From positions 1 to 32,000 of the forward strand of contig NZ_JAYKGW010000224.1 in the NCBI RefSeq assembly GCF_035285525.1: DNA of 32,000 nt, read 5' to 3'. Shown piece by piece: positions 1 through 7,310 of this stretch. The number at the start of each line of letters is the position of its first letter. The first letter of the stretch is position 1. Below the pieces are notes generated by a model. The model did not search any database. It was given only the letters and a program-made list of their open reading frames with translations, and was not told the origin of the DNA. A program made the translations under genes and the position numbers. This DNA comes from Okeania sp. Its GTDB lineage: Bacteria > Cyanobacteriota > Cyanobacteriia > Cyanobacteriales > Microcoleaceae.

Positions 1-207
1 CCTTGTCTCCCTTGTCTCCCTTGTCTCCCTTGTCTACCTTGTCTCCCTTGTCTACCTTGTCTCCCTTGTCTCCCTTGTCTACCTTGTCTCCCTTGTCTAC
101 CTTGTCTCCCTTGTCTACCTTGTCTCCCTTGTCTCCCTTGTCTCCCTTGTCTCCCTTGTCTCCCTTGTCTCCCTTGTCTCCCGAAACTTCCGAAACTTCC
201 GAAACTT
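1..207. repeat. Tandem 9-bp array: 20 x CCTTGTCT(C/A) then 3 x CCGAAACTT; cut by the left window edge
   Basis: Direct reading: perfectly phased nonamers at 1-180, where the only variable site is unit position 9 (C or A). Three CCGAAACTT units follow at 181-207. The array is open in several frames on both strands (see findings). Confidence 0.95.
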
Positions 208-282
208 CCTTCTTCCATAATTAACTAAGGAATACCATTAAAGGGTATACTATTAAAAATATGGTGGCCAAGGAGAATACGA

Positions 283-1656
283 ATGCCCAAAAAACGCGGT
301 AGTGCCACCTCTTATACAGAAAGCAAGGTTAAAGTAGGCGTGTCTCTTACTCCCAGTAGCGCTGAGAAGCTAAAGGAGATAGCACATGAACTTGGTTTAT
401 CAAGGTCTGAGCTAGTTGAGCGCATTGCCAGAGGAGACCTTGCGGTTTTGAGAGAGGCAGCACAAATAACAGCAAAATTGAATAATCAGTTGGATACAGT
501 CAATAATACTTTGACTAAAAATGAGTCATCCGACAGTGAAGTAGATATTGTGACAATTCCAGAACCATTAAGTGAGTCTGTAGAAGTACAAACTCAATTA
601 TCGCAAAGTTATCAGACTTTAGAGCAAGAATTAGAATCTCAGATGGCACAGGTAAAGGATTTGGAAAACCAAATAGCTACCATGGTGTCAAGAGAAAGTT
701 ATGAAAATTTACAAAAACAATTAGAAGAAGATAAAAAAGTAATTGCTAATTCTCAGGCACAACTAGCTCAACTTAAGGAACTAGAAGAACAAGTAGCTTT
801 AATGATACCAAAGGAAAGCTATGAAACTTTGCAAGAAGAGTCTGAAGAGCAAAAAATACAGTTAGAGCTGTTAGAAGAGCAAGTAGCTACGATGGTGTCG
901 AAAGAAATTCATGATTCTTTGGCACATCAGTCACAACAGCAACAAGAGCAAATTCAGCAGCTAGAATTACAAGTAGCTTCTATGGTATCCCAGGAAGTAT
1001 ATAAAATTCTAGAGCAGGAGTCTGAAGAGCAAAAAATACACTTAGAGTTGTTAGAAGAACAAGTAGCTACGATGGTGTCGAAAGAAATTCACGATTCTTT
1101 GGCACATCAGTCACAACAACAACAAGAGCAAATTCAGCAACTAGAATTACAAGTAGCTTCTATGGTGTTGCAGGAAAGTTATGATCTTCTGCAACGTCAA
1201 TCAGAGGAACAAAAAAATAAGTTGCAACTCTTGGAAAAACAAATGGCTACAATGGTGTCAATGACAGCATACGAAACTTTGCAGAAAGAGTCAGCAGAAC
1301 AAAAAGCGGAACTGCAAACTTTCCAGGAAAAAGTAGATTTAATGGTGTCAAAAGAAGATTATGAAAATTTACAGCACCAGTTACAAGAGCAACTTAATAA
1401 GTTACAAAATCTGGAATCTAAATTTGGTTTAATGATACCAAAAGAAACTTATGAAGCACTCAAAAAAGAGTCTGAGTTTCAAAAAGAAATAATTGCAGAT
1501 TACCAAAATAAACTGAGTAAACTACAACAAGAATATAATAACCAATCTGAGGCTGTAGAAGCTTCTCAAAAACAAATTTCTGAGTTGAAAACTCCAGCGA
1601 TGATTGCAGAAAGTCGTATTCTTAATAAGTGGCAATATCGGACTTTTTCTAGATAA
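283..1656 (+). CDS. Ribbon-helix-helix (CopG/Arc-like) N-terminal domain fused to a long Q/E/L-rich coiled-coil repeat region
   Basis: ATG 283 is preceded by AAGGAG (270-275). VGVSLTPSSAEKLKEIAHELGLSRSELVERIARG has the strand-helix-helix pattern of RHH DNA binders. Residues ~110-440 hold about 9-10 copies of a ~30-aa unit (LEEQVAxMVSKExYExLQxxSEEQK). Confidence 0.75.
   Translation: MPKKRGSATSYTESKVKVGVSLTPSSAEKLKEIAHELGLSRSELVERIARGDLAVLREAAQITAKLNNQLDTVNNTLTKNESSDSEVDIVTIPEPLSESVEVQTQLSQSYQTLEQELESQMAQVKDLENQIATMVSRESYENLQKQLEEDKKVIANSQAQLAQLKELEEQVALMIPKESYETLQEESEEQKIQLELLEEQVATMVSKEIHDSLAHQSQQQQEQIQQLELQVASMVSQEVYKILEQESEEQKIHLELLEEQVATMVSKEIHDSLAHQSQQQQEQIQQLELQVASMVLQESYDLLQRQSEEQKNKLQLLEKQMATMVSMTAYETLQKESAEQKAELQTFQEKVDLMVSKEDYENLQHQLQEQLNKLQNLESKFGLMIPKETYEALKKESEFQKEIIADYQNKLSKLQQEYNNQSEAVEASQKQISELKTPAMIAESRILNKWQYRTFSR
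841..1200. repeat. Intragenic 2 x 180-bp tandem duplication (60-aa double unit of the coiled-coil repeat)
   Basis: 841-985 and 1021-1165 differ at only about 6 positions by eye. The copies diverge in the last ~35 bp. Confidence 0.9.
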
Positions 1657-2026
1657 AGTTAAAGTTCAAGAAAATAGATGATTCTTATTGAATACATTGA
1701 ATATTAAGTTTCCAGCTAATAATTTTTATAATCAAGCAGGAAACATATATATAATTTACGCAAATTGACCAAGAAATCGGGTCTATTACTTTAATTAATT
1801 GTAGTTTTTTTTAAACCAGAAAATTGATTTAATAAACCTGGTTTTTGCGTAAGTTTTGATAGAGTGCATCTCAATTTTAAAGAAAGCTAAAAATTTATGA
1901 CTTTTAGCAAATTAGCAACAGGAAATAGGTGGCAGAAAAAAAAGTATTTTTGCTCTTTGTAGGGAGTAGGGAGTAGAGAGTAGAGAGTAATATTGAGACA
2001 GGTAGTAAATTATTATTTATAAATTT

Positions 2027-3208
2027 ATGAGTACCAAAATAGTTATAGAAAATCTAATTAAAATTTACGGTAAAAAACATATTGCGGCTCTGAAATTATT
2101 TCGGGAGGGAAAAACCAGAGATGAGATATTACAATCTACAGGTAATGTTTTAGGATTAGCTGATGTTTCTCTGGAAATTGGCAAAGGAGAATTATTTGTA
2201 ATCATGGGGTTATCTGGTTCCGGAAAATCTACCCTAGTTCGTTGCATTAATCGTTTAATTAATCCTACGAGTGGACACATTTATATTGATGGTGAAGACA
2301 TTGCTCATGTTGATGAGAAAAGAATGCGAGAAATACGACTGAAGAAAATTTCGATGGTATTTCAACGTTTTGGGTTATTTCCTCATAAAACAGTGGCAGA
2401 AAATGTAGGGTATGGGTTAAAGATACGGGGGGTTGATACAAGTCATCGTCGTCAGAAAGCTTTAGAAACACTAGAGGTTGTGGGTTTGGAGAAATGGGCA
2501 GATTATAAACCTACTTCTTTGAGTGGGGGGATGCAGCAACGGGTGGGTTTAGCTCGTGCTTTAGCTACTGATGCCGAGATTTTATTGATGGATGAAGCTT
2601 TTAGCGCTCTCGACCCCCTAACTAGAGGAGAGATGCAGGATGAGTTGTTGCGACTTCAGAAAGAGTTGCAGAAAACAATAGTTTTTATTAGTCACGATAT
2701 GCAAGAGGGTATGAAGTTGGGCGATCGCATTGCGGTGATGAAAGATGGAGCGATTGTCCAATTAGGAACGCCGGAAGATTTAGTTATTAATCCTGTAAAT
2801 GATTATATTAAGGGCTTTACTGAAGAGGTAAATTCGGCTCAAGTTATTAGAGTAGGTTCAGTTATTAGTAAAAAAGTTTCTCTGAAGATTGGTCAAGATT
2901 CTATTAGTTCTGGACTGAAGAAAATGTTAAATCATAATCTCCAATTTATCTATGTAGTTGATGATCAGAATAAACCTATTGGTTTGGTGAAGAAAAAAAA
3001 TTTGGAAAGTAGTCTGAAACAAGGGAAAGAGGATATTAAAACTATTATGGAAACTGATTTTCCCATAGTGGATACTTATACTTGTTTAGAGGATATTTTT
3101 TATCTTTACAAACAAGGATTTCCCCTAGCAGTAATTGATGAGAAAAAAGAATTTCAAGGTATGGTAAAGGCAGTTGATGTATTGACAAGTTTGGGAGAAC
3201 CAAATTGA
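2027..3208 (+). CDS. proV: Glycine betaine/proline-type ABC transporter ATP-binding protein with C-terminal tandem CBS region (ProV/OpuAA family)
   Basis: Walker A GLSGSGKST, ABC signature LSGGMQQRV, Walker B ILLMDEAFSALD, H-loop ISHD. The C-terminal ~120 aa are CBS-pair-like, as in osmoprotectant importer ATPases. Confidence 0.9.
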   Translation: MSTKIVIENLIKIYGKKHIAALKLFREGKTRDEILQSTGNVLGLADVSLEIGKGELFVIMGLSGSGKSTLVRCINRLINPTSGHIYIDGEDIAHVDEKRMREIRLKKISMVFQRFGLFPHKTVAENVGYGLKIRGVDTSHRRQKALETLEVVGLEKWADYKPTSLSGGMQQRVGLARALATDAEILLMDEAFSALDPLTRGEMQDELLRLQKELQKTIVFISHDMQEGMKLGDRIAVMKDGAIVQLGTPEDLVINPVNDYIKGFTEEVNSAQVIRVGSVISKKVSLKIGQDSISSGLKKMLNHNLQFIYVVDDQNKPIGLVKKKNLESSLKQGKEDIKTIMETDFPIVDTYTCLEDIFYLYKQGFPLAVIDEKKEFQGMVKAVDVLTSLGEPN

Positions 3209-3492
3209 TTGAAATTATTATTAAATTAATATAGTGTTTTCCATTTTGATAGAATGTACCTGTCGCTGGTTTTCCGACCTGCACTACAATGATTTTACTA
3301 TTCACGCTTTGTATATCATTGGTCTAAAATATGTTGTATAAAAATCCTAAATAACCTGTGAAAAAACTGTAGGGGTTTGGTTTCCAAATCCCATTTTCCT
3401 TATAAGTGCGAATACTATTCTGTGGTTTACCATGCAGGAAAACTGCTGTAATAGAAATTACTATAAACCAAAATCACAGGAGATAGTTAATT

Positions 3493-5466
3493 ATGTTGAT
3501 TTTGAATTATTTATCTAATTATTTTATGGCTGAAACTCAAGGAGGATTAAACAATTTACTCAATCCTTTTCAGGATTATACTTTACCTTTAGACGAATGG
3601 GTTAACAATTTTGTTAATTTTTTGGTTGATAATTTTCGCCCTCTTTTTCAAGCTATCAGCTCACCTATTAGCGGAACTTTAGAAATAGTAAGAGCGACTT
3701 TTTTAGGAATCCCACCTCTAATTTTTTTGATAATTATCGGTATTCTAGTTTGGCAACTAGCAAGTAGAAAAGTAGCCATCTTTAGTGTTATTGCTCTTTG
3801 TCTTATTGGTTTTTGTGGCGCTTGGGAAGCAGCAATGGTTTCCTTATCTTTAATACTGACTGCCGTAATATTTTGTATGCTGGTGGGTATTCCTTTAGGT
3901 GTTGCTTGTGCCGTAAGCGATCGCTTTAATCAAGCATCAAGACCTCTCCTAGATGCTATGCAAACTCTTCCAACTTTCGTTTACTTAGTACCTGTAGTAA
4001 TGTTGTTTGGAATAGGGGAAGTTTCTGGTATAATAGCAACTTTTGTATTTGCGGTTCCACCCCTAATTCGTCTGACCAATCTTGGTATTAGGGAAGTATC
4101 CCCAGAAGTGGTAGAAGCTGCTCTGGCTTTTGGTTCAACTTCTGGACAAGTATTATGGGAAGTACAAATTCCTCTGGCTTTACCTACCATACTTGCGGGA
4201 ATAAATCAAGCGATTTTATTAGCTTTATCAATGTCAGTTGTCACCTCAATGATCGGAGTAGAGGGATTAGGACAAATGGTATTACAAGGTTTAGGACGTT
4301 TGAATGTGGGATTAGCTGCGGTAGGGGGGTTAGGTATTGTATTGATTGCGATAATGCTCGACCGTATTACTCAAGTTATTAGTCAAGGTAGTATTCAGTC
4401 TTGGCAAGAGCGAGGTTTAGTTGGATGGTGGCGGTCTCTTAAGTCTTCTAAACGTAATGGTACTTTTGGGGCAGTTTTCATGGTGACTTTGTTGGTTGTA
4501 ACAGTTTGGCAATTAATATCTCAAACAAATATCAAGTTAATAGAAGATTCATTGCCAGGGAAAGGCATAGTTGTTAGTCCAGTTTCTACTGTGTCAACCT
4601 ATGGTGTATTTGTTGCAGAAATTGTGAATATTGGACTGGAAAAATTAGGTTATGAGATAGAAGAACCGAAACAACTGGGTATTCCAGCAATTCACATTGC
4701 TGTTAGTAATGGAGATTTAGATTTTACTGCAGCTCATTGGGAAATTGCCCATGAAGAACTTTTTAACAGTAATGGTGGGGAAAAAAAATTAGAAAGGTTA
4801 GGAAATCTGATTTCTAATGCTATTCAGGGGTATCAAATAGATAAAAAAACTGCGGAAAAATACAATATTACTAATTTATCACAACTTCAAGACCCAGAAA
4901 TTGCTCGACTATTTGATTCTGATGATGATGGTAAAGCAAATTTAATTGGTTGTAATGCTGGTTGGATGTGTGAAAAAACTATTGCTCATCATTTACAAGC
5001 TTATGAACTTGAAGATACTGTGGAGCAAATTAGAGGAAATTATTCTGCTTTATTAGTAGATGCTATAACTCGTTATCGAGAAGGAGAACCAGTTCTATTT
5101 TTTGCTTGGAAACCACATTGGTCTTCCTCTACTTTAAAAGAAGGGGAAGATATAGAATGGTTGAATGTTCCTTTTACTTCTTTGTTAGGAACTATGGAAA
5201 AGTTTACGGAAAAAGAGACTTCCTTTAATGGTAAAAATCTCGGTTTTCCTGTTGATAATATTAAGATATTAGCTAATAAGAAATTTTTGGAAACTAACCC
5301 AGTTGCTAAAAGTTTTTTAGAGCAGGTTGAGGTTCCCATAGAGGATGTGAATATTCAACAGGAAAAAGTTCAAAATGGAGAGAATAAACCTGAAGATATT
5401 CGTCGTCATGCTGAAGAATGGGTGAGTAATAATCAAGCATTATTTGATAGTTGGGTAAATAATTAA
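3493..5466 (+). CDS. Fused ABC permease + substrate-binding protein for quaternary amines (OpuABC-like), paralogue 1
   Basis: The N-terminal ~290 aa are a ProW/OpuAB-type permease with EAA loop EAALAFGSTSGQVLWEVQIPLALPTILAG. An extra anchor helix follows (FGAVFMVTLLVVTVWQLI), then a ~300-aa OpuAC/ProX-like binding domain with conserved Trp motifs AHWE, GWMCE and AWKPHW. ATG is preceded by CAGGAGA. Confidence 0.88.
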   Translation: MLILNYLSNYFMAETQGGLNNLLNPFQDYTLPLDEWVNNFVNFLVDNFRPLFQAISSPISGTLEIVRATFLGIPPLIFLIIIGILVWQLASRKVAIFSVIALCLIGFCGAWEAAMVSLSLILTAVIFCMLVGIPLGVACAVSDRFNQASRPLLDAMQTLPTFVYLVPVVMLFGIGEVSGIIATFVFAVPPLIRLTNLGIREVSPEVVEAALAFGSTSGQVLWEVQIPLALPTILAGINQAILLALSMSVVTSMIGVEGLGQMVLQGLGRLNVGLAAVGGLGIVLIAIMLDRITQVISQGSIQSWQERGLVGWWRSLKSSKRNGTFGAVFMVTLLVVTVWQLISQTNIKLIEDSLPGKGIVVSPVSTVSTYGVFVAEIVNIGLEKLGYEIEEPKQLGIPAIHIAVSNGDLDFTAAHWEIAHEELFNSNGGEKKLERLGNLISNAIQGYQIDKKTAEKYNITNLSQLQDPEIARLFDSDDDGKANLIGCNAGWMCEKTIAHHLQAYELEDTVEQIRGNYSALLVDAITRYREGEPVLFFAWKPHWSSSTLKEGEDIEWLNVPFTSLLGTMEKFTEKETSFNGKNLGFPVDNIKILANKKFLETNPVAKSFLEQVEVPIEDVNIQQEKVQNGENKPEDIRRHAEEWVSNNQALFDSWVNN

Positions 5467-5493
5467 TAATTAATAATTAATAATTAATAATTA
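5461..5493. repeat. Heptamer tandem repeat (AATTAAT)x4.7, STRR-like, overlapping the stop codon
   Basis: Direct reading. The repeat supplies the last codons (…VNN stop) of the preceding CDS. Confidence 0.9.
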
Positions 5494-5499
5494 GATACT

Positions 5500-5744
5500 T
5501 AGGGCTTACTGAATAAATATAAAAGTGTTTGTCGGTAAAGATTTTAGCCTTTGCAGATACTAATAAAGTACCAGCTTTTGGGTGGTTCCAGTTCAAAAAT
5601 CTAGGATTTTGAGCATTTCGAGGGGTAGAAAATCAAGAGAAAATTATTCTGGCTACTTCTTCTATGATTCCCATTCAAATACGGATTCTGGCTTCTGGCT
5701 TCTGACTTCTCCACACTACTAAAAGACTTTTTCAGCAAACCCTA
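5500..5744. mobile_element. MITE-like dispersed repeat, family A (TIR TAGGGCTTRCTGAA … TTCAGCAAACCCTA), ~245 bp
   Basis: Terminal inverted repeats are visible. It is highly similar along its length to 25414-25659 and partly similar to 10613-10810, 17294-17752 and 21427-. Confidence 0.7.
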
Positions 5745-5926
5745 CTTAGATATAGAATTAGAGATAAAAAACTCTTTCATTATCAATTATCTATAAAACT
5801 CTTTCAAATTGGTATAACTCAATACGGTTCAGATAAGATTGAAACTGCTATCGTATGAAACCATTAAAGTAGCTCTTCAAATTACCGAAATGCAAAATAA
5901 AATTCTTAACTGAACCGTATTATTTT

Positions 5927-6892
5927 CTAACTAACCCCTAAAACATGAATAACCATACGTTGATTTTCATCAACAAAGTAATCTATGGGTTTTAATCCTC
6001 CTTTTATAGCCTGATTTTGAAAATAATCTACCGGATATTTATAAGAACTTAAGAGATGAAATTTTGTGCCTTTCTTAATATTTATCGGAATACCATCTAG
6101 AACAAAATTTTGATCTTCAGTTGCTCTGATATTATGTTCTACACAATGAGTCTCAGCTACCCAATTAAATTCATAATTAAATGCAGTTGGATCGAAGCCA
6201 GAAACTGGTAAGTCGCGATTGATGAAATATAAAATACTGAGTGCCACTTTTGCCATTCTTCCATCATTATAAGCTTTTCTTAATGACGACTCATTTTGAT
6301 TAGCATCCACACCAACAATGAGAATACCATCTGGTTGTAATGCTTGTGAAATTCTTCCGAAAAATTTCAGACAATTACTTATAGAAAGATTAGTAACTGT
6401 ACTACCTTTAAAAAAGACTACGGGTTTAGGAAAGTTTTGCACCAGTTCGACATTTTTAATAAAGTCATCTTGCATTATTTGAACTGGTATTTCTGGTAAT
6501 TCTCGTCCTAAAATTTCTTGAGTTTGGTGCAGATAAGTTTCACAAACATCTACAGGAATATAACTTTGAAATTTTTCAACTGCTTTGAGAAAGGGCAAAG
6601 TTTTATTCTGGAAAGCTATATCTGTACCAGGGCCAAATTCTATAATATTTGCTTCTGGTGGAACATAAGCAGCTATTTTTTTAGCTACATTATTAATTAA
6701 TTGGATTTCTTCTTTGTAAAGGTAGTAACCTAAATTTTGAGATATTAGTTCCATATAACATACTTCCCCATTGGCAGGATCATTCTCAATATTTGGGTCA
6801 GGAGTGCTATACAAATAAGCAGCCATATTTTCTTCCTGATCTCCTAGAAATAGAGCTTTTGTATCGGAAAGAAATAACTCATTAAAGTCCAT
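5927..6892 (-). CDS. EgtD-like SAM-dependent amino-acid N-alpha-methyltransferase (Methyltransf_33 family), substrate unknown
   Basis: 321 aa, the same length as mycobacterial EgtD. Collinear matches to EgtD as I recall it: YYxxxxE, IEFGPG, YIPVDV (FIPFDV), DDF (GDF), VVFFKGSTVTNL (VVFLGSTIGNL), LQPDGILIVGVDA (LQPGDSLLLGTDL), RKAYND (RAYDD), FDPTAFNY (FDLDAFEH). Confidence 0.8.
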   Translation of the reverse strand: MDFNELFLSDTKALFLGDQEENMAAYLYSTPDPNIENDPANGEVCYMELISQNLGYYLYKEEIQLINNVAKKIAAYVPPEANIIEFGPGTDIAFQNKTLPFLKAVEKFQSYIPVDVCETYLHQTQEILGRELPEIPVQIMQDDFIKNVELVQNFPKPVVFFKGSTVTNLSISNCLKFFGRISQALQPDGILIVGVDANQNESSLRKAYNDGRMAKVALSILYFINRDLPVSGFDPTAFNYEFNWVAETHCVEHNIRATEDQNFVLDGIPINIKKGTKFHLLSSYKYPVDYFQNQAIKGGLKPIDYFVDENQRMVIHVLGVS

Positions 6893-7310
6893 GATATTTT
6901 TTTCTCTTGACGTACACTAAGAATATATTATAGCTGATTTCGGGTACTGGTATTTAAGTAAGCTTTTTGAATCATTCTTTCTCAAAAATTTTTATTCATT
7001 TTAAGTATAATAATCCTAAATTAACTGTGATAATTTTTATAGTAGTTAATTTGAGCTGAAAATATTGAAAATTTTGATTTATAACTCCTAATTACTATAA
7101 AAATTCTGATGAAATTAATAGCAAATACTTATAGTTGTTAGAAGATATTTTTACCCTAAAACACAAGAGATAGTTTTCCAGATCGTTTATTTAAAATAAT
7201 AGAAAGTTATAAGGTATAATGCAAGCAGTTGATACACTTAAAAATTTACAGCAAACAAATAAAAAATTCGATTAAACCAACATTATAGGAGATAATCAAC
7301 ACAATTGATT

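Noticed and set aside
3-224. Track ORF translating the nonamer array as (SPL/STL)n-ETSETSETS
   Set aside because: It relies on a TTG at the window edge. The repeat polymorphism is non-synonymous (P/T) in this frame, while it is silent in + frame 1 and in the minus Gly-X-Y frame. I cannot support it as a gene. See the first finding for alternatives.
3343-3364. Shared motif AATCCTAAAT(A/T)AAC(C)TGTGA upstream of both transporter paralogues (also 7012-7033), considered as a common operator
   Set aside because: The same sequence is part of dispersed repeat family C. It also occurs upstream of the pentapeptide gene at ~12107-12130 and inverted at ~24175-24200, so it is not specific to the betaine locus.
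2065-5339. Antisense or out-of-frame ORFs inside proV and opuABC-1 (2065-2280, 2265-2471, 3045-3305, 3981-4190, 4155-4382, 5073-5339)
   Set aside because: They are shadow ORFs fully embedded in well-supported genes and have low-complexity translations.
6518-6700. 60-aa + strand ORF inside the EgtD-like gene
   Set aside because: Antisense shadow ORF with an AT-rich nonsense translation.
5927-6892. Ergothioneine biosynthetic cluster
   Set aside because: Only the EgtD-like gene is present. No EgtB (sulfoxide synthase), EgtC or EgtE-like ORF lies in the window, and the putative imidazole-binding Glu appears not to be conserved.
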